Made by a program: the position numbers and the translations under genes
The notes under the pieces: model-generated
The model's database searches: none
What the model saw: the letters and a program-made list of their open reading frames with translations, nothing else
Told to the model about the DNA's origin: nothing
Shown: piece after piece, positions 14,413-28,635 of the stretch
Layout of the letters: every line of letters starts with the position of its first letter
How positions within the stretch are numbered: position 1 is the first letter of the stretch
Assembly: GCF_009914755.1 (NCBI RefSeq)
Contig: NC_060947.1
DNA: 64,000 bases
Direction: 5' to 3' (one strand)
Source: the human T2T-CHM13v2.0 reference genome, Homo sapiens

Positions 14413-14794
14413 TATGATCGTTCATTTTATATCTCTATTGCCTAGGTTATAGTTCTAAGTTATTTAATGAAACACCAATCTAGGTATTGCTGTGGAGGTC
14501 TTTCGGAGATGTGGCTATTATCTATAATCAGTTGAATTTAAGTAAAGGAGATGATCCTTGATAATGTGGGTGGGCAAAACTGTTTCTGTGAGGAAGAAGA
14601 AATTCGGCCTTAAGACCACTGCATCTCTTTCCTGAGAGTTTCCAGTCTTCTAGCCTGCCCGACAGATTTCAGACTTGCCAATCCCCACAATCTTATAAGC
14701 AAATTCCTTGGAATAAATCCCTCTCTCAAGACAATAATATCAATATCTATATCTATGTCATATGTTGTTTCCCTGGAAAGCCCTGACTGATACA
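14413..14794 (+). mobile_element. ERVL solo LTR (MLT2D-like)
   Basis: MLT2 motifs (aatcagttgaatttaagtaaaggagat, ccctgactgataca); perfect 5-bp TSD cttct at 14408-14412 and 14795-14799. Confidence 0.88.
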
Positions 14795-15369
14795 CTTCTC
14801 ATCTTTCCACCTCGCAGTTATACACAGTAAACACTGCCTGGCTGACTCATTAATTGACATGGAGACGGAAGGTGGAACTGTGGCCAGAGATCCATCTAAA
14901 CCATTTCCAATGCCAAATAGAATGCTGAATGATTACTTCTTTGGGATTTCTCCCACCACAAAACACCTCCATTTGCACGGGCCATTAATAACAGGTTATT
15001 AAGTCATATGAGAGTGGATATAAAAGACCCAAGGGAGAGGATTTATTTGTTTGGAGATTGTTGTCAACACATAAGTCCAACCAGTCCTATCTACAGATGG
15101 AAGGCTATTGACACCTATGCAAATTGCTTATCTCTCTCTGCCTCATGGTATCCATAAATGAATAAACTTTTGCCTTGAGGAGAATCAAAGGGAACCCTCT
15201 CTTCATCTTCTAGTCTTCAGAACAAAGTTCTTGAGACCTTTAATACTTCTCAAGAAACTTCTAAGAATGTCGTCACTTCACCTGTTTTGCTTATCATTAG
15301 CTGAACTATTTACAAATAGTTCTCTTTCAACACTTGACTGAGGACTGGTTATATACCTAAGTTGAAGGT

Positions 15370-15560
15370 GGTAAATCATAGAAGAAAAGAGCAAGATTAC
15401 TTGGGTTTAAATCTTGAACTCTATCCTTATTATCTGGATAAATTTTCTCATACAACAAATGGGGAGGATGATAATAATGATATTTATCTCAGATAGTTGT
15501 GAGGATGAAAACAGAGACATTCATGAAAGTGTCTAACATACAGTAGACACTCATAAACAT
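15370..15560 (+). mobile_element. Degraded MIR
   Basis: aaatggggaggatgataataat..atagttgtgaggatgaa. Confidence 0.55.
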
Positions 15561-15963
15561 TCACCTTTCCTTTAGAATAGGCTTTTTTCTTTTCTGCTAA
15601 GTAGTCCCTTCTCTATGTGAGTATCTAATCTCTTCATACTTTTAAAGGGCTCAGTCTTTCAACACCATCCTTCCTTCTGCTTTGAATAAATTACTTTGGT
15701 CCCATGATCTAGACCTTTTCTGGTTCTTTAGGGAAACTTGTCAGTTTACTTTTGCAAGTAGTTGATAATGGGGGTAAATATTTCTACATCCCACATGACA
15801 TATTTGCATTCAACGGGGACTTTGAGAGAGCTGACAGCTTCACCCAAAGCAGTGATACCATTGGTGAAAAGTATAAGCACTGTGGCCGACTGGAGGGATT
15901 GAGATTTGGACATGGAGGATCCTATCAGCAACTCTCATATCACACTCTCTACTAGGTATCTAG

Positions 15964-16324
<361 letters not shown>

Positions 16325-17029
16325 GACCTCAGGTATATTTTTCTTATGATTTTCTACTTTTGAAATGTACTTACTCAAACTGAGGTAGCAACAAGCAGAG
16401 ACATATAAATGGAAACTCTCATCACACTGTCACTTTATGTCCAGGAAATGACAGTGGAACAGTCTGGTTGGCATTTGGGGCCCATATTTTGAATGTTTAC
16501 ACCTTTATGGAGCCTGAGGGGAGTTATTGCTAGAGGGGATTCTGACTAGTATCTGTCATCTACATAAACTCAGTTGTCACTGTGAGTTCAGCAGAGGAGG
16601 GGCTTGGGGCATTTCACTTAAAACTAAAGACACAAAAATAACAACAAAGATTACCCTCTTTAATGTTCCCTGTAAACTGTACACAAACATTTTTAGACTT
16701 TTTAGGTATCAAGATTCTTTTAGGTTCTTGTGTGAATATCAAATAATTCACCGAAACCTTTGTATGTAAGCTAAAAAAATGAGGTCTTACCAGGCCTCCA
16801 CGAGAAGTCAAAGTCAAATGTCTCAGAAGACATATTCTATTTAGAGAAATAACCCATTTCTCAATTTGTGGCATATGGTTGAAGATGTTTGCAAGGGTGA
16901 GGCTAGTTTTAAGCACCAGTTACTGGTGAGTGCACTACCAAAATTCCGTTATTCAATCTAATTGGGAGAAAGACCCATTTGAATTAATAGAGAACTCTGA
17001 TTATAGAATATTTGAAAGGAAATGAAGTT

Positions 17030-17090
17030 TTATATATATATATATACACACACATATATATGTGCATATATATGTACATATATGTGTGTG
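17030..17090. repeat. Compound (TA)n/(CA)n/(TG)n microsatellite
   Basis: Seen directly. Confidence 0.85.
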
Positions 17091-18232
17091 CTACCAAAAT
17101 AGTTCTGCTGAGCTTGTTATAATGAAGAGATGGTTAGTTAGTAATAAGCAATATAATTTATACATAAATAATTTATATAATTTACTAAAGTCCTTAAGAA
17201 CAGTTTATTTTCTTAAGTAGGCTAAAACTCTTTCTTATTATCTTTTTAAACTAATTTTTTATAAGTACTTTCTTGACAGGCTCTTGGAAAAATAAATCCG
17301 GCACAGCCCAAGTTGAACAATTAACATTTCTAAAGTGTCTAGGACTAATAAGGTTTGATTGTAGGTTCTTGAAATGAGATAGTTTCTCACAGTGTGATAA
17401 AGCTCGAAGCCAACAGGTCTTTTTTTGCGTATGATTATTGAAGTGGCTTGTTATGAGTAGGACATTTTAAGGGTAGTCACCTGGAGACTAGGGCACCTCA
17501 AAGCCATTATTACAGTGTCCCTGAGAGTCATAAATAGGTACCTTTAAGCTGGACACATGGGCCTATTGACCCAAATATTCTGAATCAATGTCTGTCTAAA
17601 TGACGGCAACAAAAATGTTGTTGTGAGCAAATCCTTTTCCAGGATGAGAAGGTTTTACTTCAAGGTCTTGCTTCTCAGATCTTAGAGAACCCCCTTAGAG
17701 AGCAGCCTGGTGGTTGGTGCTTCAGGATAAATCACTATAATTAAGTAGGCTGGCCAAGCTTGTCTATCAGTTGCAGCCAATAGTCAAATAGGCAGCCTAG
17801 GGAGGACACATTTTTAAAGCTTCTCCATTAATGTGGTGGAATTCTGTACTTTTGGAAGAAATATTTTTGATGCATTCATTTCTGAAATATTTGGGGGTTA
17901 CTATGGAAAAATAGCCTATGTGTTCCATAGCTCCTTATTTATCATTTGCATAATGTCACTGATCTTTGAAGTTGGATTTATAGATGGAATTAGATAAAGG
18001 ATAGAAAACTTTTCACATGGCCTGGGTTTCAAGAAGACTCGAGAAGGATTAGAAGAGGAATCCAGTTTGAATTAATTAGGAAATAGAGGAAATAAATATC
18101 ACCAATGACTTTTTGAGATATAACTTGAAGAAAGATGGGTTTACCATCACTGTATCATCTGAGCCCTGGTTTTACCCCTGGCTAGAAGTCAGTAATTGGC
18201 CCCCACAATGATCAGAAACAACATTGACATAC

Positions 18233-18352
18233 CTTCCATCTTGCCGGCTGATGGTAAACCCATAATCACTGTGGTGCAAGAAACTGACATTCACTCCCAC
18301 TAGAGGAGTTCCATCTATGGCCACCACTTGGCCTCGAATCACACAGGCACGC
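18233..18352 (-). CDS. TENM1: Teneurin-1 exon, TTR-like domain ([39 protein letters not shown]), 120 nt, phase 2-2
   Basis: Acceptor tgtgttgcag|GC, donor GAAG|gtatgt; ORF 18172..18387. Confidence 0.96.
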
Positions 18353-20569
18353 CTGCAACACAAGACCAAAGGCAAACAGAAAAGCATGTTGAGACTAGAT
18401 TCTAGAAGTCAAGTTGTAGAAACTTTGGAAAACAGTCAAGTATAACAAAGAAAACAATAATTTCACCAACCAGTAGAAAACTACTAATAACATTCTGGGG
18501 AGGAGTTTTTTTTTTTCCCCATCAAAATTAGAATCATACTAAGTATGGTTCTGAATCTAGATATTTTAAGGTTAAAAGCATATTATTAATATTGTCCAAT
18601 GTATTTAGAAATTCCTTAATATATCATTTTTGTTATTATATAATACACCCTTAAATTAGTATCCTATAACTTGCTTAACCTACCCCTGATTTTCGGACAT
18701 TTTGTTGTTTCTTAATTTTTTTCTGCCTTAAATTTCTTATTATTTCCTTGAGAGAGAGTCCTAGTTGTGGAATGATACTTTTCTCTTATCAAAATTAAAG
18801 TTAATTACATTAGTTAATACATAAATATATTGTAAGATAAGACTAAAGTCCCTACTGACCGCCTTTTTCCTGCTTCTTGGTGTTCTCATCAGAGGTACTC
18901 AGCACTATTAGTTTGTTGTGTGCATTTTCTATGCATTTACATATATAGTATGAATATTTTTAAGCCTCCTGATATACACTGCTAAAGTGCCTTTTTCTGG
19001 TAAAACAACCAGCCAACCAAACAAACAAATTTAGTTGAGCACACTTTAAGTTAAAGTCTGCAAAAGAGACATGATCCCTGACAATGGTATACTGCTTTTC
19101 TTGCCTAATTTAAATAAAATATTTCAAGACACTTTCCCTTTAAACAAATGAGTCCCATCCTTACTAAAAAATGGAATTCCATTAAACTAGTCCCTAAATA
19201 GGGCTCTCTTTCAGGGACATAGTCCACTAAAACATACAAGACTTTCAGCGCTAGCCTGGCTGACAAGCTGTAACAAATTTCAGGAGGCTGGCAGTTAAGA
19301 AGAGTGCCCTGGGACAAATCCCAAGCAAGGATTTTTTTCACTGGTCTGCTGGGAGGAAGGGACAGTTTTTTCACCAGAGTTTAATCCTAGTCTTGGCAGC
19401 CCTGAGCTCTTGGACATGAATTTTATAGCTGGAGCTGGCAGGGTTGAGGAAGGTTGAGCAAGGTCAGTGATTTTTCCTAGGGCATCAATACCACCTTTTT
19501 TTTTTTTTTTTTTTTTTTTTAACCAAGTGGGATTCTGGGTATCCAGGGCAGCTCAATCTTGGATTAAAGGGGACCATGTTATTCAGACAAACATGGCTTT
19601 TCAGATTAATCCTAATCATTTCATCCTGGAATTATACATTCTTTTAACAGAATCAGAAAGTAAAGGGAGGAATGTAAAGGCTCATGGCCACAAACATCAT
19701 TTGAGAGAAAGTAAAACACCTTTGAATAAGCTACAGATGGTAGCTTATAATAAGCCAGAGTTGGTTGTATATGTTTTAGCCAATAAACCTCACTACTAAA
19801 TTCTGTTGCAATCAGAGGAATTGGTTATAAGTTATGCTAATAGGATTTATCCTCTTCTACGTAAGGGCTTTCCCAACAAAAGTTACAAGCCATTAAGTAT
19901 TACGCAAAGTAAGCGAGTGTAATTGTTGCTATTAGTGTTTGTGTATTTTCTGAACTCTCAGACCAACATTCATAGCTCTGTGACATAGATCAGTGGCTTT
20001 TTTCCAGTGAGCTGTCCATTTTATGAATTATGTAAATCATGGTTCTGAGTGGCATGCAAATGGCATACTGGCACTTGCTTCGCCATGTTTGATTGTCCCA
20101 ATTTCTGTATCATTTTGAAATCCCATTTGTTCTAATAGAGAAGACATTTGAAGTCATTGAGTTCTGGATTTTGAACTAATTCTGGCAGATCTGGTCCCAG
20201 GTTCTAAGTCCAATGTAACAAGAAATGAAAATAAAAGGACATCTCTGATTTTATACAGTAACCTTTTAGATGTCTTTACAGAGCAACTTTTGACAAGGTG
20301 GGTGTAGATTGAATGGAAACAAGCTGAGAAAATCTCCTGCAAATGACATATGGATTGGTTCCAGGGGGGCTGTGAAGAGACTGTAGTGATGCCAAACAAT
20401 TTAGAAATTAGTTAAGCATTGTTTCCTGAGCTCTCAATGCTGTTAGCTGCTTTGGGAGTATGGTGGGGGTTAGTTATTACCTTGCCAAGCCTCCACCAGT
20501 TAACAAGGTGGCCTTTACAACAATAACACCTACCTAGGTGCTTGCTGATTCCCTATTCGCAAGACAATT

Positions 20570-21125
20570 CCAAAGTCACTCTTTTTATTTGCTCACATTA
20601 ATCTAGACATTGTGTCTTTCCACAGCTGTACTAGGCTCAATTATTTTTGTTTTTATTTTGTCAAGCCTAGTTGGCATTATTTTCTCATATTTTATGACAC
20701 ACACAGACCTGTCTCTCCTCTCTGCTGTTCTTTTATTTTCTATATGGCTTATATTTATGAAGGTCCAAGCTGGTGAGTGAAAGTCTCATAAAAGTTATCA
20801 TTATTCTGTGCATTTCCCTTGTATTCCTCTCTTCCTTCATTCTGTATCTCGTTCTGAGTAGACTTGTCTTTTGACTCTTCTGCTTCTTAATATTCCTCAT
20901 GTTTTATGAAGCACACATATTTGTGTGATAATGACTCATCAAAGTCATCATTATTCAAGACACTGTCTACCTGTTCTTCTTTTCATTCATTTCACTCTTC
21001 ATCACTCATAAATAATGCTCACAGACTTGTCTTTCAACTCCCCTTCTTTCTTATTCCTCATATTTTATGATCCACACAAACTTACAGCATATGATAAAAC
21101 CCCATAAAACTTATATTCTACATTT
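20570..21125. repeat. Degenerate tandem repeat, period about 155-165 bp, about 3 copies
   Basis: agac(c/t)tgtct at 20705, 20860, 21023; tt(c)ctcat(a/g)ttttatga..cacaca at about 20682, 20893, 21054. Confidence 0.7.
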
Positions 21126-23463
21126 ATCAGTATTGAACTCCCTTTGTAATGTATTAGACTTTAAATGTTCCAAGATTCCCTGTATCTTGCTGCATTTGCT
21201 CCCATTATTTATACACTCCATGTCATCCATTTTTCACGAGAATAACTCTTAGGTCTTTTTATTCCTGGATTACTAGTACTTACTGTAATCTTTGAACAAT
21301 ATCAGTCATCCAGTGTCAGTTTAAATTGTCTAAATTTCAGGACAGTATTAAAGTATTCTTTTTAATTTGCAGTAATCTTGACTGACACTGCATGCAGAAA
21401 TTTAGGAAAAATCTACCTCTTAGGCAAACTCTCCATTTCAAAAAGAAAGCTCTTGAGTGTACTTGCTTTCCCAGGCAGGCTACATCAGCTCCAAATGGCC
21501 ATTAGGGAGCCTTCATATATATTCTTTGGAAGTATGGCATATTGTGCCACTTCGTTCAGCTCAACTGCCATTTTGTGCACTCCCAGATTCTAAATTCTAT
21601 TTTCTTAATAATTGTGGATGGTAGCCTTGTATCTGGTTTGTTTTTCCTGATTCCCCACAGCCACTAAAATATAGTTCCTTCCCTCCCATTTATATAAACT
21701 ATTTTGATTATGCTTCTTATATCTAAGGCAGCCTGTATAGTTCATTTTTTTCCAAAGTTAGATCCTAGCTGAGTAGTGAGGTATGTACGGTGAGGGTCTG
21801 CCTTTGATATTACCACAGTCCTGCTTTCTGTGTTTTTCCTATTCCCATTATGGTGCCTCCCTGTTTCCTCTTCCAGAGAGTCCCTGGCTTCCTCAAATCA
21901 CCATTGAAATTAGTCAGCCCTACTTGGCCTGTACTTGGTCTGCCTCGAGGAAGCATCTTGAGTTCTTGAATTTTTGCCACATCAAAACTACCTTCAACCT
22001 GAGTTTTGGTCCTTAAAAATTTGTCTTTTTCTGAAACATTTTCAATTCAATAATATATAGAACTCTTCTAAATCTTTCAAGTAAGATGATAGAAGCTACT
22101 GTCTGGACTGTCATGCGGCTGGCCCTGCACATGTGTACAGCAGCTATGTGCCCAGCATAACTGTCGTTTGTGTTGGTTTTGTGTGTCTATATGTGTGGTC
22201 TTGTGTACGCTCAACGGCAGGCATTGCATACTTTCTGTCTTTGCTTGGGCTCTCCTTTGATTCACAGACATGAATGAGATGGATGCTTTGCTTGGTTGAA
22301 CCTTTGAAAACAAGAACTTCTCCCTGCTGTTGTTGGTTAGAGCAAGATAACTTGAACTTAGATGGGCATGTCCAATGTGACTCTAGAAACATGCATGGGG
22401 AATATCACCCCTCACAAGTGTCTTTTTTCCTGTTCTCTAGAGAATACAGGCTGCTGCCAAGCTGTCTACCTGCTGTCACTATGCTAAAGCAGCAACCCCA
22501 AAGGAATTGCTTCTCCACTTTAACTAAATGCTGAATCCTCTAGGTGTTTGGAGCTTGGTCTGAAGAACAGAGCATCTTGGGAAATGCAGGTCAGAATACA
22601 CTTTACTGGGAGCCTTATTTAACTAACAAGCTGCTTGTTAGACAGTTCTGATGCAAAAGGTCTAATTCATTCTGTATTTGTTATTTTCATGGAATAGTCA
22701 AATTATCCCTAGCCTTCAATCAACTCTTGGTTCCATTCTCCTCTTCCCTTATTTGTTGTCTTTTGTCTTCGGTGTCAAATCTCCGATATTCGTTTAACAC
22801 CTCAGGCAACAACATTAACCTCAAGCACAATAGTTGGTTTGAAAAACAAGGCTGAAAACTAAATTGCTGAAAGAAGATGCAATTTACTACATTGCATTTC
22901 TGATTAATGTCTTTCGAAAGAAAACAGACTCAGGGCTAGAAAAGTTACAGCGATTTCCTTTTGTTGCTAACAGGAGCATAAGCAGCCTTTGAAGGGTAAC
23001 ATTCAAAATCAAGGACCTAGCCAGCAGGGGATCTAGCAGCAGGTGGGCAGGTTAGGTTGTTTTTTTTCCACAGGAACAGATGAAATCCTTTCTACAGCTG
23101 ACAGCTCTGGTCAAAAGGTAGCACTGAGAAGGACTGGGCTGAGAGAGGCTATATGAATCCTCTGCTCACTAGTGTTTGAATCCTGCCCCGTAAATTCCTC
23201 TTTGAATTGTCAGTTGGTTCAAGTCTCCAAGGGATAGAAATTTGTCACATATGAGGTGTGACTGGAGGATTCCCCTAACAACTGTAGCTACTGGGGTCTC
23301 TGTTGGAATGCAAATATCTCTGAATAGTTAGGACAAAGGGTTTGTGATGTTCCTGTTACCACTGCCATCACATAGTGAATAAAGGGGCTTCTCTTTAGAA
23401 AGTAATTTTGGGATTGTGGTGTTGGTCCTCAGTCCTGTATGATAATCTCTCTCTCTTATAGAT

Positions 23464-23619
23464 CAGTGATTCTCAAACTTGATTGTCCACGAGAATCACT
23501 GGAAAGCCTTATTGAAACACAGATTGCTGGGTCGTATCCTCAGAGTTTCTGATTTAGTAGGTCTGGTGTTGGATCATAGAATTTACATTTCTAACAAGAC
23601 AAACCTTTGAGAACTGCTG
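23464..23619. mobile_element. MER5A-like hAT-Charlie element
   Basis: cagtgattctcaaactt ... tttgagaactgctg terminal inverted repeats; internal cagattgctggg..tcagagtttctgatttagtaggtctgg. Confidence 0.8.
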
Positions 23620-25669
23620 CTTTAGGAAAAGCAAGGCCATAACATACTCAGCCAATTAAGGCATATGAACTCCTGGAGAGGGAGGCAGAAGGTATAAACC
23701 ATAAAAAGGCAGGCAAATCGACCACTGGTTCACAATCTTACCCTTATGAAATCTGTCAGGCATGAATTTTAACTCTTCCATATAAACTTCTGGAAAAGGG
23801 TTTGCAACAACTGTAGTTTGGGGAGTCATGTTGAAACTGTCATGACAAAAGGGGTGGCTGTACTACAAGATGAACTACAGGGTCTTCAAATTCAGAGATT
23901 ATAAAATGGAAATATGTTTTAGTCCAATTTATTTGTCCCAAATAAGTGTCCATTTCTCCTCCATCCTCATTATTCTTATTATACAATGCTCATACTTGTG
24001 TTATTGCACTTATCATAACCGGTCTTGGATGACAGTTTTAGATCTGTCTGTCTTTTTATTAGATAGCCAGGGCAAAAACTGTGTGATTTTCTTCCCTGTG
24101 TCCTTCTCAGAGCCTGATGTACACAGCACATGCTCAAGACAGGTTCATAGAATTTCAACTCAAATATTTAAAAATATAGTTGTAAGATCCTTGCAACCTA
24201 TGCTCATGGCACTGCTTCAAGCAAGGGCTTCAGTGACTACGTTGAGATTCCTGTGTAACAGATGCCTTACACTTTATTTATTAGAAGCCAACACTCTGGA
24301 TTGAGCATTAGGACATTCTCATCAGGAGTGTTTTGTTTGATACTTGACTATTTTAGGGAATTAAACAGTACCTATTGTGATCGGGAAGATGAAATGATTA
24401 GTCTTCAAATGCTTAATTTATGCACGCTAGCCCCATTCTTCCTTTATATATTATTATATAATTACTATTTGCTATTTTATAATTTAAATGCATTTGGGAC
24501 TTCTAATATCCAGATATTTTGGGGGTTTCCTTACAACACGTGCTACTTTTGATATATGTTATCTAACCTGGTACAGCACTATGAAAACACTTAATGTTAT
24601 AGCATAAACCTATTTCCATGTTCTGAAAATTCAAATGCAGTGAATGCTCATATGCAAACCCAATACAATGTCCTCGTTAGTTTTTATTTTAATATGGTGG
24701 GTTGATTTAATCCTACTCAGTTGGTCACTGCCCCAAATAAACAATGCCTACCAAGTGGGTAGCATTAAAAGCAGCTGGGAGCATTAGCCATCAACATTCT
24801 AGGACTCTGGGAAAGGTGGTGCTATTGAAAATGCAGATAGATTTTTAAGCAGAATTATTTTCCTCATGGCTAGTGATGTTTCAAGTAAAACAAAATGGGG
24901 GCACTCACCCTGAGGTAGGGTGGCTATTTTCCCATCTGCCTTGGTAATTGCTTGTCAAAAGTACGCTTGCTTTGGAGGTCTGAGATCCCCAAAGTAATGG
25001 GAAAAAGATCAAGTGTTTTGAAGCAATAAGAAAACTGACGACACAGTCACATTTTCAGGACTGCGTAAGTGCCAGTTTGCTTCATTTAGACACATGATTA
25101 TTTTCGTCCAGAATTTGAATCCTGAAATATTTGTCCTGTAAGCCCTTGCAACTCTTGAATAGTCTGAAGTTAGTTTTTCCCTTAAAATTTTTGGTTTGTT
25201 TTTTGCTTGTTCTACACATGACTCAAATGTTTTCTCTTTGCAATCAGCCTTATAGGGTTTTGTTAACCTCATTAACCTCTCTTGTCACTTCTCTGAATCT
25301 GCCTTTCGACTAATGGATAGTCATTAAATATAGGACAGATCCTTCTTGTTGGCCATCTCCTGGGCATATATTACTCTTCCCTCCACAGACGAAGAAGTGT
25401 GTCTTTGCTCTAGCCACAGCTGTGTTCTAGCTCTGGCTTGCTAGTAACCACCATTGTTGACTTTTCCTAAGAAACAGAATTAACTCTTAGCTCTGTTTGC
25501 TCTTTATGTAGGGTGGGAATGTTCTTTCTTCCCTGACCTCTCCCCGGTTACCTCACAAAGATGTCATCATAGTAAAATTACCCAGTAAAATGATCACTTT
25601 TGAACTAGGCCTTTCAAATTCTATTGCTATGTACCCTGATAATTATTAGATATATATGTTGTATAAATA

Positions 25670-25870
25670 AAATATTTATTATACTATGAATCAGGTACTA
25701 TGCCAGATACTTTCCTTACCTTATTTCATTTAATGTCCACATAACCCTGAGTAGGTAAAGCTATTAGGCCCATTTAAAAAATGAAGAAACAGACTCAGAG
25801 AAGTTAAAAGTTTTGCACTTAACACAGCTCATAAGTGGTGGAGGGGTGGAGATCTCTTGACCTGGCCCCC
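25670..25870 (-). mobile_element. MIR
   Basis: ccattt..atgaagaaacagactcagagaagttaa..acacagctcataagtgg. Confidence 0.7.
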
Positions 25871-27629
25871 AAAGAGCCTGAGCTGTATTGCAGATCTTTC
25901 TGAGTCAAGATATAAACAATATGGCTACAAATGAAAAGAAAGTGATCGCCTACAAAGATGGTGCTATCTACAGAATTATGGCTACCTGGAGAAATTTACC
26001 AACTGCTGAGCACTTCCTATGTGGAGTGTGTGTAGTGGAGATGAGCTATAGCATGTCATTTGTTCTTTCTTCCCAAACTTGCATTCACTTTGTCCTCTCC
26101 AGGGACAAAATGAGATGACAGAACCAGCTAGAGAGTCATTACAAGCAAATAGTATGACTGAGTAGTAGGTAATAAGGATTTGAGCCTTTTAACTTTACAT
26201 CCTAATGGAGCAGCAAGTAGGATAGATAAAATATTAGAAAATACCTATTCATGCTGAGATAAGTTGTAGGTAGCTACTGGTATCATTAATTATAACTGTT
26301 AAGCATCTCAGAACAACTGAGTTTCAAAGTATCATAAATCATCAGTTGAAACAGCCTTTTGAAGATCTGTGTTCTGATTTTTCATTCTTCTTTGCCCAAG
26401 AGCATTTGCAAAGAAGTGAAAGTCTCACATTGTTTCTTTTTGGTACCTTTAGGTGTTGACTGCTGATTTCAGGAGACAGTCAGCACTATAAATCTGGGAA
26501 CCTTCTGCACTTTGTAATTTTTTAAATGTGTTTTGAACATGTGTTTTCTGAATTTTAGCATTAGACAGTATAGTCTGAAAATCAAGAGATCCCATCTTCA
26601 GTAACACCTTTCACATGAAGATCAAAGTGCTTTATTAGGAAGCAGCAACAACCGTACTTCCCAATTAGGACAACAACTTCAGAGGTGATAAGCAAGGGAG
26701 ATTGCTCAGGAAAAGCAACGGGGACAGACAAACAGAATAACAAGTAACCACGGCCAATCCAAAACACACTGGAATTCTTTTTCCAAACGTGAGCAGGTCA
26801 TCTGCAGTGCCTTCCTTTAGAAAGGAAGGTGAACAGAAGGTATATTTGAGGATGTTGATGCTCTATAAAGAGCTTACCCGATTCTTAGTCTATTCAATTT
26901 ATTCAGCAATTGTCGCACTGTGTATTTATCAACCCCTAGTTGTGTACTTGGTGTAATGTTTTTCATGTTCCTAGATTAAAAATACCCAAAAATCTGCCAT
27001 TAGCAAGTAGACTTAGAGGTCTTTAACAAATAGATTCATGAAAAAGCTAAACGCAAGGCATATGGATTCAAATTTGTACCTCAGTGAAATTACAAATGTT
27101 TATGTTGTCGACCTTCTGGGGTTACTCGTAGATAGACAAAACTGCAACATGTTAATTCTGTGAATGCTTGAATACTGTAATAGCACTATATTTCCTTTTA
27201 AATATTTTAAAATATAGGCTTATCTTTTAAAAATAATTCCAAATCAGTAAGTGGTTTCTCAATATTTGATTTATTCTAGGATTAACACTAATTGATGAAG
27301 ATCTGCTATTTTTTTCTGTCATGCATGAGTTAAGTGGTCTAAGGCTGTTACTGATTTCTCTTTCCAGGTCCTAGTCAGTTGGTCTGAGGTATTCAAATTT
27401 TCTCAATGTCCTCCTGGAGGGCAGGCACCTCATCCATTTATCGGTAAAACCCAGTAACCAATATGCAGTAATTCCTTGACAAAGGTTTGTTTTACTTTTC
27501 CATTGCACATTATGTCACAGAATTTTGATTCAACAGGCCCCTAAAAGTCAACAGCAGGCTCCAGTTTCTGTTAAAATCTATTGCATAGGGGTCCAGGTGG
27601 CAAGAAACATTTATACCAAGATCATCTAA

Positions 27630-27880
27630 TATACAGATGAATGCTATTCAGGGTTCTGCTCTAGTGTCACCTCCTCAGAGAGGTGTCCCTGGGCCACTCT
27701 GTGTAAAATGGTCCTTCTCTGTCCCTAACTTTTATCTCACCTTACAGTATTTATACCTTCCTGACATTTACTTTTTTCATTGTTTGCCTCCCTCACTAGA
27801 CTGTATGGGGAAGAGATTTTGTCCACTATAACCCAGAGCTTAGAAGAGTACCTATCACTAAATGAAGAAATGAACCAAGT
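27630..27880 (+). mobile_element. L2 3' fragment
   Basis: gtcacctcctcagagagg..tgtttgcctccctcactagactgt..aaatgaagaaatgaa. Confidence 0.6.
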
Positions 27881-28479
27881 AAACATTATAATGTTCATAC
27901 ATTTAAAGAGTGAAATGATTAATCTTCCCCCAATAGGGATTGTCTTGAAAGAAACTGTAGGATCTATTGTTTTAAATGACTCCAAAGTGTGGTTAATGGG
28001 GATTTTTTTTTCATTGTGCTAAATGGGATTTCTTTTGGATGATTGTTTTTTTTTTCCTGGAATTTATGTTTGGTACACACATTTCAAATTGTAGAGAAAA
28101 TTATTTATAGCCCCAAATGTCAAAGGATGATGAAACTGTTTGCATATAGTTAAGCTGTTCACTGTCCAAATAAGCTTTGTATTTTTCTTGCAAGTCATCA
28201 ATAGTCTCCAGTGTGTGTCAATTTTAGCAGCTCTTCATGCTCACCCGAGCCAATTAGTCCCATCTCTGGATTATTGCTGAAAACTTCCAGGTCAGTTTCA
28301 CTTCTATAGTTGTTTAATGACTTTGTCTAATTTGCCAGAATACTTCTTGTCTTACAGGGCTACCTGTCTTCCCCATCAAAACAGTTGAATTTGGACTCCT
28401 GAGCTGATGAACTCCAAGCTCCCTTAGAAATCTGATGTTCCATGATCCATAGACTTACTGCAATTCATAATTATTTTAA

Positions 28480-28635
28480 TTATTTATGTATTTACTTGAT
28501 GTTTTGACTGCTTCTGCCACTACAATGTAAACTCTGAATAAGGGGACTGTGTTTCTTTTGTGTATCTCCATCTGCACAGTTCCTGGCATAAAGTGAGTAC
28601 TCAATAAATGTTGTTGTATGAATGAGTGAATGCAT
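28480..28635 (+). mobile_element. L2 3' end
   Basis: cacagttcctggcataaagtgagtactcaataaatgttgttgtatgaatgagtgaatg. Confidence 0.7.

Noticed and set aside
20570-21125. Repeat-spacer (CRISPR-like) reading of the ~160-bp repeat
   Set aside because: Mammalian intron, degenerate units homologous along their length, no cas genes
23870-24304. 144-aa plus-strand ORF
   Set aside because: Overlaps L2-like degraded sequence, no recognisable motif
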